DNA of 64,000 nucleotides from a virus (taxonomy: Duplodnaviria > Caudoviricetes), in the IMG/VR virus record IMGVR_UViG_3300049004_000016, positions 1 through 64,000 of that record; one strand, 5' to 3'. The notes beneath the pieces are model-generated. The model had not been told where the DNA came from and did not search any database. It was given only the letters and a program-made list of their open reading frames with translations. Both the position numbers and the translations under genes were made by a program. This document shows positions 39,797 through 49,387 of this stretch, piece after piece (the first letter of the stretch is position 1; each line of letters opens with the position of its first letter).

Positions 39797-40756
39797 GTGA
39801 CCAAACTGATCATCACACGTGGGTTGCCCGGCAGCGGCAAAACCACCTGGGCACGGGAGTACCTGGCCAGCCAGCCACGCGGGTCAGTGATGCGCCTGAA
39901 CCGAGACGACCTCCGGCGCATGGGCATAGACGCCGGGTACGGCAAGCCGGAACGCGCCGTCGAGCAACGCATCAGCGTCGCCCGTGACGCAGCCCTACGG
40001 GACCTGCTGCGATCTGGGTGCGACGTCATCGTGGACGACACCAACCTGCGATCTAAGTACGTGCGCGACATGATGATCGTCGCCCAGGCCGCCGGTGCCG
40101 ATGTGCAGATCATGAACTTCACCTACGTCTCGCTGGAGGAGTGCATCCGCCGGGATTCCTGCCGGGAGTGGCCTGAGTGCGTCGGTGAGGAAGTGATCCG
40201 TGGGATGCACCTGCGGTACCTGGCCCAACACCACGGCAAGCCACCACCGGTGCCCGTGGTCGGGCCGCCCACCGCCACACCAGCGGCACCGGTGAAGGCG
40301 TACGTCCCACCGGCCCGGCCCGCGCCCCACGCTTTCCTGGTCGATCTGGACGGCACGCTGGCGTTGATGAACGGCCGGGGCCCCTACGACGAGACCTGTG
40401 TGATCGATGACCTGCCCAACACTCCAGTCATCGAAACGGTGCGTGCGTTGATCGGAAGGAGCTGGGACCCGATCTTCATGTCCGGTCGCACCGATGGGTG
40501 CCGGGCCGACACCGAGGTGTGGCTACTCAAGCACGTATTCGGGTCGGAAATGATCACCCCACGGCTGTACGCGCCGCTGCTGATGCGCGCTGCCGGTGAC
40601 ACGCGGCCGGACTCGGTGGTCAAGCTGGAACTGTTCAACGCCCACGTCCGCGACCAGTACAACGTGCGCCTAGTCCTCGATGACCGCGCGAGTGTAATAA
40701 AAATGTGGAGATCACTTGGCTTAACCGTGTTCCAAGTTGCGGAGGGGGACTTTTAG
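39797..40756 (+). CDS. pseT: polynucleotide 5'-kinase/3'-phosphatase (T4 PseT-like Pnkp)
   Basis: GLPGSGKTT, NRDDLR, DDTN; HAD domain DLDGTL, SGR, R.D..VK, DDR. Confidence 0.93.
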   Translation: MTKLIITRGLPGSGKTTWAREYLASQPRGSVMRLNRDDLRRMGIDAGYGKPERAVEQRISVARDAALRDLLRSGCDVIVDDTNLRSKYVRDMMIVAQAAGADVQIMNFTYVSLEECIRRDSCREWPECVGEEVIRGMHLRYLAQHHGKPPPVPVVGPPTATPAAPVKAYVPPARPAPHAFLVDLDGTLALMNGRGPYDETCVIDDLPNTPVIETVRALIGRSWDPIFMSGRTDGCRADTEVWLLKHVFGSEMITPRLYAPLLMRAAGDTRPDSVVKLELFNAHVRDQYNVRLVLDDRASVIKMWRSLGLTVFQVAEGDF

Positions 40757-40794
40757 TCGTGCATTCTGATCAATACACGGAGGATCAACCGATC

Positions 40795-41451
40795 ATGAAC
40801 ACCGAGTACCAGAAGGTCAACACAGTGTGGAAACGCGACCCGCGCGGCCGGGTCCTGGCCGGTGAGTACTCCTGCCCGGAGTTCGGGTACCTCGCCGAGC
40901 TGGATTGGTTGTGGACGGAGAAGGTCGACGGCACCAACATCCGGCTGCGCTACGACGGCACCGAGAACTTCCGCGCCAACACCCACACCTACGTCGCGGG
41001 CCGGACCGACAACGCCCAACTACCACCGAAACTGCTCAATGTCCTGATGGCGATCATGGAAGACGCCCCGTTTGAGGTGCTGTTCGGTGACGGCCGAAAC
41101 GACGTGACCCTCTACGGGGAGGGGTACGGCGCCAACATCCAGAAAGGTGGCGGCAAGTACAAACCGGACGGCTGCGACTTCGTCCTGTTCGACGTCAAGA
41201 TCGGCAACTGGTGGCTGATGCGCTCCGACGTCGAGGAGATCGCCACCAAACTCGGGCTCGACGTCGTCCCGATCATCGGCACCGGCCCCCTGCAAGCCGC
41301 GATCGAACTGGTCGCCGAGGGGTTCCCGTCCGCGCGGTGGCCCGGAGTCGACATCGCCGAGGGCCTGGTATGCCGGCCACAGGTGGAACTGATCGACCGT
41401 GGCGGCCACCGCATCCTCACCAAGATCAAGCACAAGGATTTTCGCCGGTGA
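40795..41451 (+). CDS. second RNA ligase-family nucleotidyltransferase (Rnl2-like adenylyltransferase domain)
   Basis: TEKVDGTN, GR, LYGE, FVLFDV, EGLV, TKIK. Confidence 0.82.
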   Translation: MNTEYQKVNTVWKRDPRGRVLAGEYSCPEFGYLAELDWLWTEKVDGTNIRLRYDGTENFRANTHTYVAGRTDNAQLPPKLLNVLMAIMEDAPFEVLFGDGRNDVTLYGEGYGANIQKGGGKYKPDGCDFVLFDVKIGNWWLMRSDVEEIATKLGLDVVPIIGTGPLQAAIELVAEGFPSARWPGVDIAEGLVCRPQVELIDRGGHRILTKIKHKDFRR

Positions 41452-41981
41452 CCACCACCGAGCCGGACGGCGCATCCTGGCGGGAATGGTCAGAGTGGTG
41501 GGCACACCAACGGCCATGGACCTGGATCGCGCTGTTCGGCATCGGCATCGCCACGATCCTGCTGCACATCCAAACCTGGATGTGGTCGGCGTTCTCCCTC
41601 GCAGCCGTCCTGGCCATCGTCATCAACGGGTGGCGCCACGACGCCACACTGTGCGCCAGGTGCGCCGCGAAGACACCCCTGAACCCACAGCCAGTGGTGG
41701 CGCGCGCCAGGTGGGCGCTGTGGCTGCACCACCAGAACAACTGGGCAGCGGTGATCGCCATCGCGCTGATCATCTCCCGCGACTACGTACCCAAACCGGT
41801 CGACGCTGCCATTGTGGTCGCGCTGTTCGTGGGTGTGTCGCTGTTCAACGCGGTGGCGTTGCGGCACCGGCCGCTGCAACGGTGGTGCCCGTACTGCCCC
41901 AGGTGGGGTGGTGGGGATGACGGGCCACGAGAGACCACCCCGGTGGGACCACCCCAACCGTCTGGGGTGAAGCAGGCATGA
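41448..41981 (+). CDS. membrane protein with Cys/His motifs
   Basis: 4 TM helices; H...LCARC, HRPLQRWCPYC. Confidence 0.6.
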   Translation: MTTTEPDGASWREWSEWWAHQRPWTWIALFGIGIATILLHIQTWMWSAFSLAAVLAIVINGWRHDATLCARCAAKTPLNPQPVVARARWALWLHHQNNWAAVIAIALIISRDYVPKPVDAAIVVALFVGVSLFNAVALRHRPLQRWCPYCPRWGGGDDGPRETTPVGPPQPSGVKQA

Positions 41982-43050
41982 CCCAGTACATCCAACGGGC
42001 TGACCCACCACTGCCCCACCTCGCGAAGGGCAGGGTGGACGCGACCCAGTGGACGGGCACCAACATTGACCAGCTCCGCGCGGACTTCCCCGAGGCCGGC
42101 ATCAGGATGCACAGCGACGGGCGCCCGAACCACCTGATAGCCACCGTGACCGGCGGCGAATTGTTCCTCCGGGTCGGCCAGTGGCTGATCCGCACCGAGG
42201 GCGGCAGCGTCCACGCCATGTTCCGTGCCGCGTTCGCCCACCAGTACGAGCTAGCGGAGGAACCATCGTGACTCGCCCGTACTGGTTCATCACCGACCTC
42301 CAGCGGTGCGGGAACAAGCTGTGCGACCACCAGGTGCGCGGCGCGCTCTACTGCTGCTGGGCGTGCGGCAACGCCGATGAGCACCACTATGAGATCCACG
42401 AGGACGGGCCGCTCGGTCACTCCCCCGACTGCATGGAGCGGCACACCGAGCGTGGTCCCAGTGGACGGTGATTTCCTACGGCTCCGTGACCAGACCCACC
42501 ACTGCCCCACCCCACGGGGGTCGGGTACTGGGCCGGGCACGGTGTGGCGGTGCCGCTGCAAACGCCGGTGGACGCTCGGCACGCACCGGGGTGAGCTGGT
42601 GTGGCGCCGCCGGTACTGGCCGTGGCCACGATGAGAGGGTGACCCGATGGAGACACCGCAGGCGCTAAGCAAATTCATTCCCAGATACAGGAACGGCAAG
42701 ACCGCGCTCGGTGTCCTGCTGGCATTCGGGCTGATCTTGGCGATCAACCTGGCGTTGTTCGCTCTGCTGGCCAAAGCCAACCCACGCGCGCTGGGTGATG
42801 CTGTCCAGGGAGCGTTCTACCTCGGCGCGCTGTTGGGATTCATCAACCTCAGTGGCCGGGTCGCGAAGCTGGAGAAGGCGCGCAAGGCGGCCGATCCTGG
42901 TCCGCTGGTCAACATGATCGCTGACGCGAAAGCCGCCGCGCGCCTAGCCGGGTACGACGAAACCCAGGTCGATGCGGTCGCCAAGGAAGTCTTGACTACG
43001 TGCGTTAAGGCGTCTGGTGGGTGGAAGGCGTAACGGCCTCGAGCCCGCTA

Positions 43051-43078
43051 TTGACAACGACCGGGCAGAGGGTAGGGT
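43051..43078 (+). promoter_or_regulatory. class I SigA-like promoter
   Basis: TTGACA-acGACC...GGG-TAGGGT. Confidence 0.75.
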
Positions 43079-43543
43079 CATGGGTGTGGGGCCGCCGGGC
43101 ACCACGGACACGGGAGACAGAAGCTATGAGCGCACCACTGAGTCAGACATTCCCTTGCAGTTGGCTGGTCGACACTCGCCAGTACGACGAGGACGGGGCG
43201 TCGATCATCGTGGAATGCGACGCGCAAGCCACCGAAACCGAACGCGGCTGGACCTGCACCAATGGACACAGCCACGTTCACTCCGAGTACCGCACCGCTG
43301 AGGGTTGGGACTACGCGTCAGACCCAGGTGAGGCAGCCCAGTTGACCAAGTACGGCACGTTCCCCGTCCTGATGGACGGCACCGGACCGTTCTGATGGAC
43401 ACCGCCACGGCTGGCCGGGTGCGGATCGAGTGGGTGCCGTGCCCCCGGTGTGGCCAGCCGGTGTGTGACTACGGAGATTTCGTGGTCGACACCGACCGGG
43501 CCGGACAGGCACTAGACGTCGAGCACGAGTGCAGTAACCAATA

Positions 43544-43748
43544 GGGCCGCCGGGCTCACTGGGGCAAGGTGCCCACGGCGGAGGGAAGCCGGAGGAAGCG
43601 ATGCCAGACCCGAAACTCAAGCGATGTGGCGCCGAGAAAGGAACTAGCTGCCCCTGCAAGGGGATACAAATCGGAGGTCAGCAGGAAGGCCGAGACCCAC
43701 TCGGGGGAATCCCCCCAGCGCAACCATGGACTCCCCCGACACGTCGGG
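43544..43748 (+). ncRNA. candidate structured RNA / long 5' leader
   Basis: no credible ORF; several short hairpins; begins with the GGGCCGCCGGG leader motif. Confidence 0.3.
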
Positions 43749-43812
43749 ACACGGAGGAGTAACTAGACATGCCACAGGGCCGTCGGGCCCACCGACACGA
43801 CAAGGACAAAGA

Positions 43813-44088
43813 ATGATCAAGAACCTGGTCCAACCGACCGCGACCGCCGCGTACTTCACCAACCGCGACCGTGGCCGCCACCCGATGATCGTCAGCGTGT
43901 TCGCCCCCGACACAGGCTGGGTGTCCGTGCCGATCAGCAAGGGAGCCGACCCCGCCAAAGACAGTCGCGTCACAGCAGCCAGTTGCCGCGCTATGGCACG
44001 CATGGGGGTCACCGCTGTGCAGGTCCTGGGCTGGCACCACGGTGACCGCGCCGCGCTGGCCGACTTCCAAATCACTGAGCTGATCTGA
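43813..44088 (+). CDS. hypothetical protein
   Basis: ORF flanked by duplicated leader repeats. Confidence 0.55.
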   Translation: MIKNLVQPTATAAYFTNRDRGRHPMIVSVFAPDTGWVSVPISKGADPAKDSRVTAASCRAMARMGVTAVQVLGWHHGDRAALADFQITELI

Positions 44089-44128
44089 CCGGCCCACACG
44101 GGGCCACCGACACGGAGGAGTACTAGAC

Positions 44129-44518
44129 ATGCCATCGAAGCCTCAGCTCCTGGCGCTGCTACGCCGCTTCCACATCGTGGACAACACCACCACGGTGGGC
44201 CTGGAAGACGTCACCTTGCGCGGCAACGTCACACAGGAGGAGTTCACCGAGCTGGGCGAGGTCCTAGCCCAGCCAGAGACCCCACCGGACCCCCCGCTGG
44301 ACGCGGCAGCGATCGAAGCCATCGCCGGCAACCTCCGCCAGTACTCGGATATGGGCGTAATCGACTACTACCTGCCCACCATCCCGGAGGGTGAGGAGTT
44401 CGTGGTCGGCCTGAAAGGCCAAATCCTGAAACTGGACCAGGACAACGTGGTCGCGTTCCTGGCCGGGTGCACAGCGGTCGCGGAGTTCTCCGCCCGCCGA
44501 TTGGGAATGAAGATCTAA
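44129..44518 (+). CDS. hypothetical protein
   Basis: ACACGGAGG RBS 44110-44118. Confidence 0.6.
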   Translation: MPSKPQLLALLRRFHIVDNTTTVGLEDVTLRGNVTQEEFTELGEVLAQPETPPDPPLDAAAIEAIAGNLRQYSDMGVIDYYLPTIPEGEEFVVGLKGQILKLDQDNVVAFLAGCTAVAEFSARRLGMKI

Positions 44519-44682
44519 CAATCGCCATTAACGCGCTGGCCGGTTAGCCTCCCCACTATGAGCGCAACACGGAGACTGGCAGCGATAGCCCTGACGGTGG
44601 TGTCGGTGGCGTTGTTCGGGGTGATGGCGGTGGCGAGCGCGACTGATCCACCACCGTGCTCGGAGTTCACCTGCGGAGGGTT

Positions 44683-44711
44683 GTAACACCGGGAGGTGGC
44701 CCGGCGATATA
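44683..44711 (+). promoter_or_regulatory. class II SigD-like promoter
   Basis: GTAAC-N17-CGATATA. Confidence 0.7.
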
Positions 44712-45078
44712 GCGGGTAGAAGATCCCGCCGGGGCCACCAACCGAAAGGGAGCCAGCCATGGCTACTGCCAGGAAGACTTCCAAAGCCCGTACGACTGTG
44801 CTGCGCTTGCGGGTTCGCGAGTTCAGCACCTCCCAGGCCGCGTACCCCCTGCACGAGGTGGTGTGGCTCCACGCCGGCACCGAATCGGCCACTGGCGGTT
44901 ACGTCACCAAGCGCGACACGGCCGGTGTGGCAACCGGTGGGCCGGGTCAGTGGTGGGTGGGGATCTGCTGGTCTACCGATCAGGAACACGGCCCGTACCT
45001 GACTCTGGCCTCGGCGAGGAAAGCGGTCCAGACGGCCCAGGTGATCACGCCCACCCTGGTTGCTCAGGGGTTCAAACC

Positions 45079-45549
45079 ATGACCGGCTACGTCCAGCAGG
45101 ACCTCTTCGGTGAGGTCGACGCCGCTGAGGCCCGGCAAGCCCGGATCGACGCGTACTTCGCCGAACTCAAGTTGGACTGCTGCACCGGTGAGCTGCCCGT
45201 ACCGGGGTGGGTCGATGACAACTACGGCGACGGTCGCGGCCACGAGTACGCCCAGCAGCGGTGCCCCCGGTGCGGTGAGCTGGACAGCATCGGCAGCTTG
45301 ATGGTCAACCACGACCGTGGGTGGTGTGGCTGCCCCAAGGATGACGCCACCAAGGTGGTGACCGAGGGCAGCGCGCCGAACCCCGCGTTCCGTCACCTCA
45401 CGGACGCACAGATGCGGGACCGTCACGACCGTGTCCACCACCGGGATTGTGTGTGCGGTGACCCGTGGGGTCTCCACGATGATGGTCACTTGCCGGAGGA
45501 GTCGCGGTGCTCGATGCACTGTGGTTGCCGGGGGTACCGGTCGGTGTAA
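45079..45549 (+). CDS. Cys/His-rich hypothetical protein
   Basis: CPRC, C.C...WGLH...C..HCGC. Confidence 0.55.
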   Translation: MTGYVQQDLFGEVDAAEARQARIDAYFAELKLDCCTGELPVPGWVDDNYGDGRGHEYAQQRCPRCGELDSIGSLMVNHDRGWCGCPKDDATKVVTEGSAPNPAFRHLTDAQMRDRHDRVHHRDCVCGDPWGLHDDGHLPEESRCSMHCGCRGYRSV

Positions 45550-45615
45550 CGAACCGGGTGCCGGCACCGATACACCAGTTGTAAGCGTTGACATTGACCG
45601 GCAGCGGGGTAGGTT
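45546..45615 (+). promoter_or_regulatory. tandem class II + class I promoters
   Basis: GTAAC-N17-CGATACA (45546-45574) followed by TTGACA-ttGACC...GGGG-TAGGTT (45588-45615). Confidence 0.75.
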
Positions 45616-46077
45616 AGGTAGTGGGCCGCCGGGCCCCGCAGACACGGAGGACAGCAGCCATGAAGACCTTCCAGTTCGCAAGCGACAGCAGCATCACCGG
45701 CCTGGTCATCGAGGAACACCCCGTGGTTTGCAGGGTGCAGTTCGACGGCGTCGATGGCCACAACTGGGCCGCCACCGCATCACTGATCATCACCGAGCAG
45801 GTGCGTTGACTATGGGACTCAAGCGCCCTTTCAAAGTCACCTACCACTACGACCCCAGCCCAGCACGGGCACAAACAATCGACGGCACCGAGTCATCCCA
45901 CGACCTGAGCAAGGTCCGGGAACTGGCACGGACAGTGAGCCGGGCCGGTGGCTGGGCACGCGTGTGGACCTGCGACCCGACGAACGGTGAGGAGTACACG
46001 CTGCGCAGCTACGCGCCGTACGAGTCCGCGCTGAATGACCTGGTCGACGGCATTGTTCACGATCTGATGTATGGGCT

Positions 46078-46106
46078 GTAACACCAGCGCCCCGGCGAGC
46101 GATATA
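46078..46106 (+). promoter_or_regulatory. class II SigD-like promoter
   Basis: GTAAC-N17-CGATATA. Confidence 0.7.
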
Positions 46107-46487
46107 CCAGTTGAGAGGGCCGCCGGGGCCAACGAACACGGAGGCAGCCATGTGGGGAATCGACGTTATCCACCCGATCACCGGGGTAGCAGCCCGAATC
46201 CACTGGATAGGCCACGCCTACGACAAAGACGGGAACGTTCAGATGGTCCGCGTTGAGGGGTTCTGTGTTGGGCTGGCGCGCAGCCTCAGCGGGTGCAGAC
46301 ACCCCAAGCGCCTGGACGTGGCCATTGCCCGCGCCCGTCAGTTGGTCGGTGACTACGACTGCCAGGGATGCGGTCGACCGATCCACTGGATCGCCGAGCC
46401 GCGCCGGGTGTACGTCCACAACGACACCATGGACGTGGCGTGCCCGGCTGGTGGCGTGGCCGGCATCGAGGAAAGGGTCTGACCGTC

Positions 46488-47012
46488 ATGGGCATGGGTG
46501 TCGAAGCGGAGCTGGTCGCAGCAGCGACCCGTATCTACGCAACCAAGACCGAAACCGGCGACATCCAACGGTGCGACGACAACGGCAAGGTCTGCTACCG
46601 CGACATGGCTACAGCGGACGCTTGCGCCGTGGAACTCAGAGCGGCACAGATAGAGCAGGTGCCGTACCCATGCCGTGGACACGACCACTTCCACCTAGCG
46701 ACCGCACGTCGCCGACCGAACAAAGACGAAAGACAGCAGTGGACCGCCAAGTTCGCCCAAGTCCTCCTGGCCCTCGGCACGCGGGGTTCAACAAGGGATG
46801 ATCTACGCAAGGCGCTGGGCTGGGACGTGAACCAGCCAAAGAAGTTCCGGCAAATGCTGGCCGCTTTCGAGCGAGCCCGGTTGGTCGACTGCGAAGGGCA
46901 GCAGGTCTTGGTGCGGGAAAGGCGTCGCCCGGTTCTGGTGCAGGTGGCCCTTACCGGTCGCCAGCCTCAGTCATGTCAGGCGCTTGACTCTGCCCCAGGG
47001 TTTGGCGACTGA
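46488..47012 (+). CDS. zinc-finger plus winged-helix hypothetical protein
   Basis: GKVCY...A...PYPC...HFHLA; TRDDLRKALG. Confidence 0.55.
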   Translation: MGMGVEAELVAAATRIYATKTETGDIQRCDDNGKVCYRDMATADACAVELRAAQIEQVPYPCRGHDHFHLATARRRPNKDERQQWTAKFAQVLLALGTRGSTRDDLRKALGWDVNQPKKFRQMLAAFERARLVDCEGQQVLVRERRRPVLVQVALTGRQPQSCQALDSAPGFGD

Positions 47013-47438
47013 CACCGCCACCAACGCGACCAACGCGACCAGGGCGCAAGACCGCGCGACCAGCACCGAACGCGGGTCAAGCAGGCCCGCGAGGTTGACC
47101 AACCCCACCACGGTGAGCATCGCCGAGATCTGCAACTTGCAGATGATCCACCGCCACCGCAGCAACCCCCACGGGCTGCCCACCGCCAGCACCACACCGG
47201 TGGCCAACCCGGTAACAGCCATCGGGGTCAGCACCCACGTCCCGACCAGGTCCAAGATTGGGTTCGGTTTGGACCTGGTTTGGAGCTGGCCCACTGCGAC
47301 CTGAAACACCACCAGCGCGCCGGTCACCCCGAACATGCCCACTGATGTGATCACATGAATGGTCACCACCACCAGGCGCGCCCGTTGGGTCAGCCGGGGG
47401 CCAACACCAGCTCGACGTGTGGCAAGAGCATGGGCCAC
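46971..47438 (-). CDS. DUF2269-like membrane protein
   Basis: HVITSVG..G, LATGVVL....WGL.RW.W...KL, KPWG. Confidence 0.7.
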   Translation of the reverse strand: MAHALATRRAGVGPRLTQRARLVVVTIHVITSVGMFGVTGALVVFQVAVGQLQTRSKPNPILDLVGTWVLTPMAVTGLATGVVLAVGSPWGLLRWRWIICKLQISAMLTVVGLVNLAGLLDPRSVLVARSCALVALVALVAVSVAKPWGRVKRLT

Positions 47439-47515
47439 CTGACCACCCTCCTCGGCAAGCTAACAGGCAACTCACGGCAACCACCAGTAACTCTCACGCG
47501 TCAACCTGATCAAAC

Positions 47516-48403
47516 ATGTGGGTGGTTGAAAGGCGGACGGTCTTGGGTAAATGCGTCCGCTGTACAGCCACATCAGGTGACCTAGCCCTGTGCAATGGGT
47601 GCATCGTCGGCCTCCGCATGGAACTGGCCGACGTCGCCGGCATCCTGCCCGACGCCCACGGCAAGGGCTACACACTGACGTCGCTACCCGAAGACCTCGA
47701 CACCAGCCTGTCCCGTCAAGACCAACTGACCGACCCCAACGCACCGCACCACGGTGGCGGGGAAACACCGCTGGTGTTCCGGCCGCACATCGGGGAAGCA
47801 GTGTGGGTGCTCCACCAGGTGCTCCGCATCTGGGCTCGAGAAATTGGGTTCGACCCCTCCGGTAAGTCCCCGGCTGGGTTGGCGCGGTGGCTGTTGGTGA
47901 ATCTTGACCGGGTGCAGAAATCACCGGACGCCGCCGATCTGGCCGATGAGGTCACCGACGCGATCCACCAAGCACGCCGGGCCCTCGACCGCCAAGACGA
48001 TGACCGGATCTACCTCGGCCCGTGTGGTAATCAGGTGATAAATAACAGCGCCTATGCAACACGCCCCCCGGTGACCTGCGAAGAGGAGTTGTACGGGGTG
48101 CCGTGGCTCGATCGAGCGCAGTGCCTTGCGTGCGGCGCGGAGTACCGCATCACCGACCGGCGGGAGTGGTTGACGGCCCGTGTGTCCCACTACTCCGGGA
48201 CAGCACCGGAGATCGCGGGGTTCCTGACGTTGACTGGAGTGAAGTGCACACCGTCAATGATCCGGGGGTACGCCTACCGGCATCCCGATGAGCTACCGGC
48301 GGTGTGGGCCAACTCCCGACGCCATCCCGAGTACCTGATCAGTGATGTCCTGGACGCACTCCGGGATCGTTACACACGGCGAAAGGCTGATAGCAGCCTG
48401 TGA
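47516..48403 (+). CDS. zinc-binding, C-terminal HTH phage regulator (candidate late-gene activator)
   Basis: C..C...LC..C, YLGPC, C..CG, TPSMIRGYAYR...Y.ISDV; located before late region. Confidence 0.6.
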   Translation: MWVVERRTVLGKCVRCTATSGDLALCNGCIVGLRMELADVAGILPDAHGKGYTLTSLPEDLDTSLSRQDQLTDPNAPHHGGGETPLVFRPHIGEAVWVLHQVLRIWAREIGFDPSGKSPAGLARWLLVNLDRVQKSPDAADLADEVTDAIHQARRALDRQDDDRIYLGPCGNQVINNSAYATRPPVTCEEELYGVPWLDRAQCLACGAEYRITDRREWLTARVSHYSGTAPEIAGFLTLTGVKCTPSMIRGYAYRHPDELPAVWANSRRHPEYLISDVLDALRDRYTRRKADSSL

Positions 48404-48565
48404 GGTCACGGTGTGTCGCGGTGGCCGGTGTTGCTACCTCCACAACCGAACGGTACCTTCGCCGAAACTGGTAGCGGTGGGTGATTAACCAGCCCGATCC
48501 AGCAAGTGGCCCCGGCGGTGTGCAACCACCCCAGGGCCTGGCCAACCTGATGAGAGCAGGTCGAC

Positions 48566-49165
48566 ATGGCCCATCTTAGGGCACCGTTCGTGACGTCAGG
48601 GATCTCCCCGGAAGCTGCTGCGACTGCGGTCCGCCAGTTGTCTACCTGCACAGCGCAGCTAGGTGACGGCGCCTTGTGCGGCAAAGGAAGCATGAAGGGC
48701 GCGCCGTTCCCGATCTGTGCTGAACACGCGATTCTGGTCTACAGGCATCTCGAAACAGTGATCAACGAACACGCCGTGAACTCGGTTGGAAGAGTGAACG
48801 ATGTCGCGACGGTAGACCTGAGGCCGGGTCGGCGAGGTAGGCCACGTGCTGGGCACGCACCGGGCGGTCTCACGGCTGAGATTATGAACGGCTGGCCGTC
48901 CGTCGTTTACTATGCTCGCATTGGTGATCACATCAAGATCGGCTGGACCAAGCAACTGCACCACCGGATGCGCTGGTACCCACCATGCTCCCGCTTACTC
49001 GCCGTTGAGCCAGGTGATGAAGGCACAGAACGAATCCGGCACAGACAGTTCGCCCATTTGCTTGCAGCCCGCACGGAGTGGTTCGCGCCGGGAGCTGACC
49101 TAATGAAGCACATCAGGGAGCTGGCGCGGACTGGCCTGCCTCATTCACCCTCCGGTGCGATCTAG
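48566..49165 (+). CDS. GIY-YIG/T5orf172-like nuclease-domain protein
   Basis: VVYY...IKIGWT...R..., E...H.QF.....EWF. Confidence 0.75.
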   Translation: MAHLRAPFVTSGISPEAAATAVRQLSTCTAQLGDGALCGKGSMKGAPFPICAEHAILVYRHLETVINEHAVNSVGRVNDVATVDLRPGRRGRPRAGHAPGGLTAEIMNGWPSVVYYARIGDHIKIGWTKQLHHRMRWYPPCSRLLAVEPGDEGTERIRHRQFAHLLAARTEWFAPGADLMKHIRELARTGLPHSPSGAI

Positions 49166-49237
49166 GTACAGTGGCGGTTCCTGGGAGATCAATCGCCGCG
49201 CAACCCCGATCGCGGCGACCCCCCACCTCCTGGGGTT

Positions 49238-49291
49238 GAGCGATCCGTCCCGACACACCCGCCCCCGAGCCGGGGCGGATCGCTCGTTTCG
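49238..49291 (+). terminator. terminator-like hairpin
   Basis: GAGCGATCCG / CGGATCGCTC followed by GTTTCG. Confidence 0.55.
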
Positions 49292-49387
49292 TGCCTGTGT
49301 AACTGACCGGGTGCACCGGGGAACGTCACAGTCCGTGAGGCGTCGTTATCTGGTAGTGGGGCAACGACGCCCCGGACCGGAAGGACT

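Noticed and set aside
49166-49387. Hairpin-rich intergenic region as a known riboswitch
   Set aside because: Several stems are present but no recognisable family motif; best explained as a terminator plus leader
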